Of a DNA stretch of 64,000 nt, positions 27,861 through 39,600 are shown piece after piece. The position numbers and the translations under genes were made by a program. How positions within the stretch are numbered: position 1 is the first letter of the stretch; each line of letters starts with the position of its first letter. Source of the stretch: Octopus vulgaris (taxonomy: Eukaryota); NCBI GenBank assembly GCA_951406725.2, contig OX597815.1:110732001-110796000 (forward strand), given 5' to 3'. The notes under the pieces are model-generated. The model ran no database searches and was not told where the DNA came from. It worked only from the letters and a program-made list of their open reading frames with translations.

Positions 27861-29496
27861 GGATCTGTTCAATTTCATTCACAGATTTTTAAAAATTATT
27901 TTTTTAACCAGTTTGAAACTTCGTATACGGGTGTAATTTCTCACGCAGAACACGGTTTACTCTGAACATTTTGGACAAAATTTCGTATTTTAGAAGTTAT
28001 TTCGTTTTAAAGTTGTCGTATTGGGATAATTTTAACCGATCAACGACGTGTATTCGGTTGAAGAAAGCCACAGCTGTTTGCGATAGTAATCGAAGAGGAA
28101 CAACTTCCGGGTCATCTCTACTAAATGTCACCACTCTATTTTATTTTTTGTCTACTACTTGTGTTGCATATTACACGCTTTTTTTGTGGTTCTTGTGTTG
28201 GAGTAACCAGTAAACATCGAAGGATCAACACCAAGAAGGAAGAATTATTATTTACATATATTTATTCGTTTACTCAGCATCGGTGGTTAAGCCGCAGGGC
28301 CGTATTTGGGGAAAAATTTGGTTTTATCCACACATAGAGCGCACCTATAAAGCTACGGGTCCGCAGCTAGCTTTTTTTTTGTTGTTGACGTGTATGTAGT
28401 TTCAAAATGCCTTATATTACAACTATGCGATGTATTGTTAATGTTATGATTTTATCCTACTATAATCAACTGCAAACACATTTTGTCAATATAAAAGTCT
28501 TTATTAGATTAAAAATAATATTATCAAAACATAAAGGTAAAACAAAACAAATAGCCCCGGGCCGACCAATGCATTGTGAGTGAATTTGGTAGACGGAAAC
28601 TGAAAGAAGCCTGTCGTATATATGTAAATATATATATGTATGTGTGTGTGTTTGTGTGTCTGTGTTTGTCCCCCTAGCATTGCTTGACAACCGATGCTGG
28701 TGTGTTTACGTCCCCGTCACTTAGCGGTTCGGCAAAAGAGACCGATAGAATAAGTACTGGGCTTACAAAGAATAAGTCCCGGGGTCGATTTGCTCGACTA
28801 AAGGCGGTGCTCTTGCATGGCCGCAGTCAAATGACTGAAACAGAGTAAAAGAGTATGCTTTGTTTTCTTCCAAGCACCAATGTACTGTAGCCGTAGTCTT
28901 TCATGTTGTTCACTAACCGGCCTTTCCTCTGAAAAAAATCCAGTGGAATCAGTCGATCTCAATACACAATTTTTTTTTTTACTCCTGAAACTAATAAAAA
29001 AGTACACATATTAAGCACACCTTTCTATAAGCCGCACACTAAATTGTCCATGTAGAAAATAGCGGCTTATACACCAGAAAATACGGTAATTGTAGTGGCA
29101 GTGACAAGTTCGCTCGCTGGATAGTGTAGAAGTGGCTGTCTGCTAGTAGAGAGGAAAAGAGTAAGGAATGCACGGTGCTGACTAGGAAGGGAGAAAGGAT
29201 AACATACGAATAGAACAGAGTGGTAATATTTAGTAGAGATGACCTGGAAGTTGTTCCTCTTCGATTACTATCGCAAACTGCAGTAGCTTTCTTCAACTGA
29301 ATACACGTCGTTGATTGGTTAAAATTATCCAAATACGACAACTTTAAAACGAAATAACTTCTAAAATACGAAATTTTGTCCAAAATGTTCAGAGTAAACC
29401 GTGTTCTGCGTGAGAAATTACACCCGTATACGAAGTTTCAAACTGGTTAGTTTTAAAAAATTTAACTTAAAAATCTGAGCCAAACTGAATAGATCC
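27861..29496. mobile_element. Non-autonomous DNA transposon with ~280-bp TIRs and 8-bp TSD (MULE- or Merlin-like), carrying nested SINE and Tigger-like MITE pieces
   Basis: TIRs 27861-~28140 and ~29212-29496 (GGATCTGTTC..GAATAGATCC); gtcaaaat duplicated at 27853-27860 and 29497-29504. Confidence 0.85.
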
Positions 29497-30999
29497 GTCA
29501 AAATAAATTTATATTAGTCAGTAATTTTTTTCCCCTAAAAGCACGCAAAATTTGAATTTTAATTAAAATTTTGAAGTGGTCGAATCAGTCTTTGACCATA
29601 TTCAGTTAACATTCGTCAATGAGCATATGTATGCTCCTCCTTACTACAATGATAATGTTAATTAATTGGATTTTTGTATTTTGTTCATTTGTTTTAACCT
29701 TTTTGTTCCCCACCACTGCTTGGCAACCAACGTTGCTGTGTTTATGCCTCCGTCACTTAGCAGTTCAGCAAGAGACAGATAGAATAAGGACCAGATTTTA
29801 TAAAAAATAAAACAAGTCCTGGGATCGACTTGTTCGACTAAAACCCTTCAAGGCAGTGTACCAGCATGGCCGCAGCTGAAACAAGTAAAATACTACTTTG
29901 AATTAGTGCTCACTCAATATTACTTTTGTGTGTATGTATGCATTTCTGTGCCTGTTTTATTTGTATGTATGTTTGTATAGGTGTATGTACGTCTGTGGGA
30001 ATATGCGTATGTATATGTATGTACGTGTAGGGATATACCTCTGTCTGTGTGCATATGCATGTGAGAGGGAAACAGAGAAAGGGGGAGCGAGAGAGAGAGG
30101 GGGTAAGAAAGAAGGAGAAATGTCGTTGTGGAAGTGAAGAAAGACAAGGAAAAGAGAAGGGATATGAGGAAACAGTGAAAGAGCGGTGAAAGTATGTTAA
30201 GCGGCTAGAAGTACTTTCTTTATCTTCTTTGTTATTATATACTCTATAAGATGGAGTGCCGAGAGAAACAATTAGCTTTGTACGCTGTCACCTGGTTGAC
30301 GAGATATAAAAGTCAGGATGTAAGATACGACCCACTTTGAAGACTTAGCAAATTTTCTTCTACCTTCTTTTTATATCTACTTCTTCTACTTTCTTTTTAT
30401 ACTTTTTCTTTTTCAGCTTCTTCTTTTTCTTCTACCTTCTCTTTATATCTTCTTCTTCTACTACTTTCTCTCTTTGTCTTTATTTTTAATTTTCTTCCTT
30501 ATTTCCTTCGCTTTGTTTTCTTTTATTTTCTGCCTTATATTTTGTCTTTTTACGATTTTCAAACTTCTTTTTTTCCTTCGTTTTCTCTTCTTTCTTCTTC
30601 CTTTTTATTTTCCTTTATTTTCTCATTTCTTTTCTATTTTTCTTATTTCTTCCTTTCTTTCTTTCTGTCTTCTCATTTTTCTTTTTTAAAATTTCCTCTT
30701 CATCTTGTTTATATTCTTTGTCTTCTCTTTATCTTTTTTCTTCTGTGTTCTTAGCGGCATTTCGTCCGTGTTTGCGTTCTGAGTTCAAATTCCGCCGAGG
30801 TCGACTTTGTCTTTCGTCATTTCGAGGTCGATAAAAAAAGTACCAGTTGGGTACTGGGGTCGATGTAATTGACTTTAACCCTTCTCATGAATTTGCTGGC
30901 CTTGTGCCAAAATTTGAAATCAGTATATAAAATGTATTTCTAATATTTAATATTTACTATAATACCATTGTTGCTTGTAATAATAATAATAATAACAAC

Positions 31000-31440
31000 A
31001 CAGATAGAGAAATTAAGGCCAACAGACCAGATATAGTTGTCAGAGATCATGAAGAAAAAAAATGCTTTCTAATTGATGTATCAATACCAGCAGATGACAA
31101 CGTGTCTCTAAAAGAAATGGAGAAACTTTCAAAATACAAAGACCTGGAAATAGAGGTAACCAGAATGTGGAATCTAAAAACAGAAACAATTCCTATCATA
31201 GTAGGTGCATTAGACATGATAAAAAAATATTCAGACAAATACATAACAAAAACACCAGGACTTACAAACATATATAACATACAGAAAATTGCACTACTAG
31301 GCACTGCATACATCCTACGCAGAACACTTTCCATACAATAACCATCAGAGCATCACAACAAATCACAGCACATATCCAAGGCACACAGAGCTCGGTAGTG
31401 AAGTGAAAGCACACTATAAAAATAAAACTACTGAATAATA
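31000..31440 (+). mobile_element. 5'-truncated RLE non-LTR retrotransposon (R4/Dong- or NeSL-like)
   Basis: RPDIVVRD..CFLIDVSIP..EKLSKYKDL..IPIIVGAL..IQKIALLGT restriction-like endonuclease motifs; (TAA)n on both sides. Confidence 0.85.
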
Positions 31441-31596
31441 ATAATAAGATTGTACAATAACAATTGTAGTATTCAACAATGTTAATCAACAATTAACAAT
31501 ATAATAGTAATAAAATTAATAATTACAACAATATTAATGATAATAATTGTAACATTGACTTTAATATATAATGATAATAATAATAACAATAATAAC

Positions 31597-31633
<37 letters not shown>

Positions 31634-31834
31634 CAACAGTCGTGAATCTGGTATCATTTGTTGTCTAAAGAAATCAGAGGAGACAATATTAGGATCACTC
31701 GGCCTTATAGTAATAATATAATTATAGTAATAATTGTGAAACTGTAGCAGTGAAGAAGTAAATAACAGGATGGGGATTACAGGAGCAATACGGAAATTAT
31801 AATAGTGAACAATAATTACCCAGAATGATTAACA

Positions 31835-32230
31835 TGTGGCGTTGTAAAACCGTCGAGTCGTCAGCGACTAAACCGACAACACCACTAAGATTGCTTGGTG
31901 AGGGAGTGGATTTTCGACGCCCTGCGGGATTAAAGCAAAACCTGGCAAAGGAACTTAAAAGAATCAATGGCCATTCCGAAAACGGGTGGACAGAACGCGT
32001 GAGCCCTGGTTGGCAGTCTGTCTAGGAGAAAGAATACTCTAATTTCAAAACCAGTGTAGTCACAGTGGGCAAGCCCGACTCCTTCGCAAAGCCAACAAGA
32101 GAAATTTGGGAAAAGGCGAGTGTCTGGCACCTCCAAATAACCAGTGCTCCAGGTAGGCTGTACTCGTTAGCCTTGATAGCTTGATATGGCTATAAACACT
32201 ACTATATAGTTGACCTTGACTCGCAAAGGG
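31835..32230 (+). mobile_element. Probable LINE (RTE-type) 5'UTR-like fragment
   Basis: CpG-rich block with ggcagtctgtctaggagaaagaatactctaatttcaaaacc, resembling a motif I associate with RTE 5' regions; recognition only. Confidence 0.35.
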
Positions 32231-33739
32231 GGACTATATTGAAAAATAATCTCATTTGGTCACATTCCAGAATATCTTGGCCAGCCTATGAACTTTTCAG
32301 CTGACCCTCATATGTATATATGTATGTATGTACACACGCACACACACATATATGTATACATGCATACATATATATGAAAGTCAATATTAAATACTTTATT
32401 TTTTTATTATTAAAGATATACTGTATTAGAACTACACTGAAAGTAAAATGTCTTCTATTGTCACTCATACTCCCCACTGTGAATGCTGTTTGACCACCTC
32501 CTGCTGCAATAAAATATTGTTGAGTCAGCGATCAAATACACAAGTTAGTTAATTATTATATGTGGATCACAAACCAACAGAAAGTGAATTGAACAGCACA
32601 TAAATGTGTGTTTTAAATGTCTATCATGACTCTTCTATCATGTAAAATCTTATTACGGATTCAATCTCACAGCATCTCCGTCTTGGACTGTATCCGCATT
32701 TCAATAATGTTACCATATTTAGTAATTTTTGGTACAGCAAACAGCAGAACTCTCATGCAATTGACAAACACACCTGCAGATTTATATTGCAACCAATCAC
32801 ATTTGATACTAGATTCAATCGAAATCAAGGGACTCTTTTAGCTTTTGCGGCAAAATTCTGAGAGAACTTTCTACAATGTTTTTTGAGAGGATGTATAAAC
32901 TCTGAATTTAACTCTGATGAGAAATTCTGTTAGTTGCAATCAGACACTTATGACTGTTCTATGTTGTATAAGAAGATCTCTCAGCCTTCTCTCTCTCTAA
33001 CAGAGATGTCTAGTTTTATGTAATACCCAGTCAGACCTTTTTCTCTTTCATGTTCAGTTTGGAGAATCAAGGTTTTTCTATGCTGCCATCATCACCATCT
33101 CCACTATTATACTTACAGTGTGTGATAATACATCAAATACAGTTATTAGCCTACCATATACACACAATTCTTTAAAGAGAACATTCAATCTGTTGTTGTA
33201 TCAATCAAGCTGTCACGTTTGATAATTGCTCCTTGTAGCAAACAATGAAAATAATGCAAATGTTGAATTATACTATGACCAATCTCACAATATGCTTATT
33301 TCATCTTACCACTTTCTTTCTTTGTTAAAATGTCACTGTAGCAATTGAGAGAGAGAGAGAGAGAGAAGAGATAGAGAGAGATTGAAAATGCACTTAAAGT
33401 CTTTCAAGAAATTTATTTACATTTACTTAATCAAGTGTAACATCAGATATATTTCAATATTTGGTTTATCTTGACAAGTAACACCGACACGAAGACCTGC
33501 CATAAGAATTTTTGTGTTAAACATTCACTAAAAATTAGAGTTGAGACAAATATGGCATAGCTTCAGGATATTCTCACAACTTTTGGATATCATGAAATAG
33601 TGAAACCAGTAAAGTATGAGTAAATATATTTTGTTTTAAAGACTTCAAGTGCATTTTCAGTTTCTTTTCTTTATGCTCCTGAGTGAAAAAAATTCTCTAG
33701 AATACTATTTATATATATATAAATAAAGCACCAACCAAT

Positions 33740-34515
33740 CATGAACAATGCCAGTACCTCTGCACTGGTTCCTGTGCCGATAGCACATAAAAAGCACTGT
33801 CTGAATGTGATCGTTGCCTGGCCCACCTTACTGGCTCCTGAGTGGTTGGCGTTAGGAATGGCACCCAGCTATAGAAACTCTGCTAGACCAGACTGGAACC
33901 TGGTGCAGCAGCTGGCTCTACAGACCCCAGTCAAACAGCATGGAAAACGGACATTAATCGATGATGATATATAAATATATATATATGCTGAGGCCCCATT
34001 CGGTCATGACTGACCATGGGATTGCACCTAGAAAGTTACCCTCCCAGGCACAAGTCTTGGCAAAGTTGTTTATGGAAGACCAGCAGTCACCCATGCATAC
34101 TGGGCTCCCCTCTCCATGTCACCAGTGTCATCCAAGGGAAAGGCAAAGGCCGATACAGCTTGGCACCTGTGATGTTGCAACTCATTTCTACTGCTGAGTG
34201 AACTGGAGCAACATGAAATAAAGTGTTTTGCTCAAGAACACAACATGCAGCCTCGTCTGGCACCTGTGTCCGTGGCACATAAAAAACACCATCCGAGCAT
34301 GGCCGTTCGCCAGCCTCATCTGGCACCTTTGTCGGTGGCACATAAAAAGCACCCACTACACTCACGGAGTGGTTGGCGTTAGGAAGGGCATCCAGCTGTA
34401 GAAACACTGCCAGATCTGACTGGCCTGGTGCAGCCTTCGGGCTTCCCAGACCCCAGTTGAACCGTCCAACCCATGCTAGCATGGAAAGCGGACGTTAAAC
34501 GATGATGATGATGAT
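33740..34515 (+). mobile_element. Two RTE-LINE 3' tail fragments flanking a third SINE family fragment (~33990-34250, minus)
   Basis: gagtggttggcgttaggaagggcatccagctgtagaaac..catgctagcatggaaagcggacgttaaac(gat)n, same tail as the RTE at 44770. Confidence 0.8.
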
Positions 34516-36441
34516 ATATACATACACACACACACATGTGTATATTCAAAATTTTATGGTTGATTTATTAGTCCAAATGTAAAATAGACATAACTCATTG
34601 CAAATATACATTAAATCAGACTGTAAACAAGTTTACTTCAGTTAACAAAGTAATGTGACATACAAAGTATTTCCAAGATGACATTTTAAAAATTCTGTTT
34701 CAATCAAACCATTTGGTTTACGTTTTTTTTTTAATAGAAATTTACAATTATAAAAGCTGAAATATGAATATAATTTTGATAAATCTTTTCTTTACTTTGA
34801 CATATACATATATATAAAACATGTTGAATGTTATACAAATTCCATTTCTAGTTGTAGAATATGGTAGCATTATTACACTGTTTTTACATTTCTATAGTTA
34901 GTCTGAGAAAGCAGGACAGATACTATAGAATGAGAAACAAGGATAACGAAATATGGTTGGTGTAGGTGACATGTAATTTCACTTGTTGCCAGTTAGCTGT
35001 TGGATGGAAAAACAGCAAGGGCAAAGGAAGTTCTAGAGGGTTAAGCAAAGTTCTGATTAGATAGAAACACAATGTTGTTTGGTAATAAGAGTAGCAAAAA
35101 CTGTATAAAGTAAACTTAAATGCATTAGGATAACATAAATAGAAATTAAAGCAAAATAGAAAATACTAGAAGTGTCAAAAGCGTGTTGAAATTGAAAAAT
35201 TGCTGAACAGGAAGATGGCTTTCTTTTTAAGTATGTATAATGCAGATATCATATTGTAAGGCAGATTTGAAAACTTTCTATAAATTTATAGCAGTTCGTA
35301 ATTGAAATGTTTTTCAAGATATAGAGAGGAAAGTAAGTCTTGGTAGCAACTTAGCTAAGATACATCAGCCTGTAATTTTTCACTACAACATAAACCATTC
35401 ATAAATCAATCAGATGTAAATTTCTTTTCTATCATGGGCACAAGATCTGAAATCTTGGAGGGACAGGCTAGTCGATTACATCTACCCCATTGCTCATTTA
35501 GTACTTATTTTATCAACTCTGAATGGCAGAAAAGCAAAGCAGACTTTGGTGGAATTTGAACTGAGAACATAAAGCCAGAAGAAATGTCACTAAATATTTT
35601 GTCCACCATGCTAATGATTCTGCCAGCTTGCCACTTTAATCAGGTGTAAAAGGATAAAGATCCTTCCTGAATCATGTAGACAGCCAATTTCCCAGTTTCT
35701 GTGATATATATATTCCGCACCTGAACAGGCTGCCAGTCTGCTGTAGGATTACTCATTTTTGCCAGCTGAGTGGACTGGAGCAACATGAAATGAAATGTTT
35801 TGCTCACAAACACAATGTGTTGCCTAGTCAAGGAATTGAAACCACAATATTACGATTATGAGTCCAACACCCTAACCACTAAGCCACACATTTCCACAAT
35901 CAACTGTAAATTTGATACAAAACATGAAACACAAGTATATTAGCCCAATGTAATTTTTGAGGTCAAACTATCCACAAGATTAAACACTTTACCTTTCAGT
36001 AATTTAAACTCAAAAATGAGTAAAGATTAGCAATGGTTCATAACATCATCAAGTGTCAATTTTATAAAAGAAAAAACAAACAAATAAAAGTATGTTGATA
36101 TAGCATGAGGAGATGCAAAAAATCTCCAAGTATTTTAGGCAAGAATATCTGCCAAAGAATGAGTCTTCTCTGATCAAATGACAATTCAAAACATTAATTT
36201 TCTTTCTCTGTTTAGAGAGCACCAAAATGTTTACTTTTATAATTAATTACTGGTGATGTAGCCTATTATAATCCCAATGGCAAAGAAAAATAAATTAAAT
36301 TACAAATAATTTAAATGCAATACATAATTACTTTGAGAGAAGTAATAAGAAAACAATTAAAACAGAATAAGAAATAAAAAGTGAAAGAAAGCAATTCTAC
36401 ATCTCATCTGAACTGTTAATATTTCTGAAAAGAGTGAGAAG

Positions 36442-36491
36442 CAGCTGAAAGCACCAATTATCATAGCAGCGATAATTGGTGCGTTCAGCTG
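36442..36491. other. 21-bp stem, 8-nt loop hairpin in the DSN1-like 3'UTR
   Basis: cagctgaaagcaccaattatc / gataattggtgcgttcagctg are reverse complements with one mismatch. Confidence 0.85.
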
Positions 36492-36501
36492 TGTATTATG
36501 A

Positions 36502-36605
36502 TTATTCCATATCTTGTTGCTGGCGAGTTTCATTGCTTACTGGAATCCGTTGAAGAAGTTTGTGGGGAGTATCTTTCATTGAATTTGGAAGCATCTTGGA
36601 TTCAT
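36502..36605 (-). CDS. DSN1: DSN1-like terminal coding exon (NESKMLPNSMKDTPHKLLQRIPVSNETRQQQDME*)
   Basis: Acceptor tttcttatttcag; TAA stop at 36504-36502. Confidence 0.85.
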
Positions 36606-39600
36606 CTGAAATAAGAAACAAATATCTGGTAAAAAAAACAAAACAAAAACAAAAAAAAAAGTCCTGCTTTCCAACTATATGACTGAAAGCTTGATTAGAT
36701 TGCACGGCTCTTAGCACAAATGTCTTCTACATTAATCTCAATTTGAAAAATTTATGTCTTGTAAGAGGAATTATTTGGCAAATGGAGACCCATCCACTTT
36801 GGCTTGAAAGGAACTCAGCCACTATGCCTCCATGAGGTCCAACGCTTGAAAGGAACTCAGTCACTTTGCCTCCGTGAGGCCCAGCGTTCAAAGGTTGAGT
36901 TTTTACATGCCACCAGCACAGGTGCACTTGGCTTGATGGGACCTCTGAATCCTTTCATTACAGTATTTCTAGCCAAAATACACCCTTTATGAAATTCAAT
37001 TAAATTCTAAAATAATCATGAATTTAGACTAGTTTCATTAACCCTTTCGTTACTATATTTCTGATCAAAATACACCCCTCATGAGTTTCAATTAAAATAA
37101 TCATGAATTTAGGCTTGTTTCATTAAATAACTGTAACTTTTTTACTTATCAACATATTAATGTGATATTTGGAACATAATTAAAGAAAGGGTTCTTAATC
37201 AATTCTATTGCATAACTTTTGTCTCAAAGTGACTTTAATTACAGGTAAATCCAGGTAAATTGAGTAAAAGGTAAAAATATTAAAATTTTAAATTGAGCAA
37301 AAGGTAAAAATATTAAAATTTTGTTTAAACATCACCATAGAAAATGAATCATCAGCTAATATTCAAATGGGTATGCAACAAAATTTTGATAAAGAAGAAT
37401 TGTGCACATCACTAAGATCATCAGTTGAATTTAATGCACAACAGGTGTACCATAAAGGTGGAATAAACTGAAATACTGGAATCCACCGCAAGTTTGACCG
37501 AACTAAAGAAATCGGTCAAAAAATAACATACGGCCCTGGTTATGGTATGGAAGTGATAAATTCCAAACCACATCGTTCCCTAGGCCATTCTGACTAACAT
37601 TATTTTCCCTGTATAAAAACTAAATCCACAGCAGTACCCAGTATTTGCTTCACAAATTTTCCAAACTTTGATCCCTCATTTTATGTTTTGTTTACATTCT
37701 GCGTAAATTTGTTTCTGCATTGATCGCTTCAAACAATAACTTCCAGACCACATTGTACCCTAAGCCATGCTGACTAACATTAGTTTCCCTGTATAAAAAC
37801 CAAATCCACAACAGTACCCAGTATTTGCTTCACAAATTTTCCAAACTTTTGTGTTTGTTTACAATCTGCGTAAATTTGTTTCCGAAGTGATTGCTTCAAA
37901 CTAGCATACTGAAAAAAATAAAAGTCTAATGGTTTCGCTTCCTAAGAAAGACTATAGATAAATTATCTCTCCAGAAAAATTGCTAATAAAAACATTTTTA
38001 AAGTTTTTTACTTCATTCTGATGTAAAACCGTCTTTGCTGTTGCCATCGCCGCTTTGTTTCTTCGGAATCGTTGATTTCGGATAAAAAAATATCATATTA
38101 ATTATTGTACACCACGTGCTTTTGACCTCATTCATTCTTTTTCTCAATATCTCCCTATTTTCCATTGAAAAGGCTTTAAATTCGGAATTAATGCTTGATA
38201 ACATGAAACTCCTATCCATTTTCAAAGTTGAAGAAAAATCAATGCCGAAAAAAATCTCCCAAAATTCACTGAGTTGAGATATCACTTCAAGCAATGTCGG
38301 ATACTATAACTTAACTATTTACAATGTGAAATCACATGTTTTAATGAATGTACCAATGAAATTTGGGTTCAAATTTACATTTAAATAACAATAGGTTCTC
38401 TCGGCTGGGTTGGTATTATGAACCAAAAAATTTTTGGCCGGGTACGGCTGGGTTAGTACCGAAAGGGTTAAACAACTGTAACTTTTTTATTTATGAACAT
38501 ATTAATGTGATTTTTGGAACACAGTTGAAAATGGGTTCTTAATCAACTCTGTTGCAAAAGGTTTGTCTCAAAGTGACTCTAATTACAGGTAAATTCAGCA
38601 AAATATAAAAATATTTAAATTTTGTTTAAACATTATCATAGAAAATGAGTCATCAGCTAATATTCAATAGGATATGCAGCAAAATTTTAATATAGAAGAA
38701 TTGTGCACATAAGAACAGGTAAAGGTAAAATGAAATGAAAAATCGGAATTTGTTTTTGAAAAATCCTTCAAATTTGGAATCACTGCTTGGTAGCAGAAAA
38801 CTCCTATCAATTTTAAAAGCTGAAAAAAATTTGCTGAAGAAAAAATGTGGAAAAAAAAAATCTCCCCAAATTCACAGAGTTCGGATATCATGTCAAACAA
38901 TGTTGGATATTATAACTTGATTATTTACAAAGAGAAATCACGTGTTTTCATGAATGTACTAACAAGATTTGTTCTGAAATTCACATTTAAATAACAATGA
39001 GTTCTCTCAGCTGGCTATGGCTGGGGTTGGTTGTTAGAATCAAAATATTTTACGGCCAGCCACAGCCGGGTTGGCATTGAAAGGGTTACAGTGCACACCA
39101 CCAAAGGTTTTGGTCACTAGTCATTGCCTCAGTGAGGTTCAAAGTTTGGAGATCATACTTTACCACCTCATCCCATGTCTTCCTGGGTCTACCTCTACCA
39201 CAGGTTCCCTCCACAGTTAGAGATCAGCACTTCTTTACACAGCTGTCCTTGTCCATACACATCGCATGACCATACCAGTGCAGTTGTCTCTCTTGCACAC
39301 TGCATCTGATTCCTCTTATGCCTAACTTTTCTCTAAAGATGCTTACACTCTGTCAAACATGCACACTGACATTGCACATCCAGCGAAGCATACTAACTTC
39401 ATTTCTCTCAAGCCAACACATGTCCTCGGCTGTTATAGCCCATATTTCACTGCCATGCATACAGGCATCAGACAATCTGACTTTCACTCTGAGAGAGAGG
39501 CCCTTGCGAGTGAGTTTGGTAGCAGCCCCATGTATTATAAGTATTTAACATCCATGTTCCACACATGCATGTGAGTATAGCTCTTTGTTTTAACACTGCT

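Noticed and set aside
36442-36504. Stop-codon readthrough or SECIS role for the 3'UTR hairpin
   Set aside because: Stop is TAA followed by TCA TAA, a second in-frame stop; no in-frame TGA or SECIS quartet
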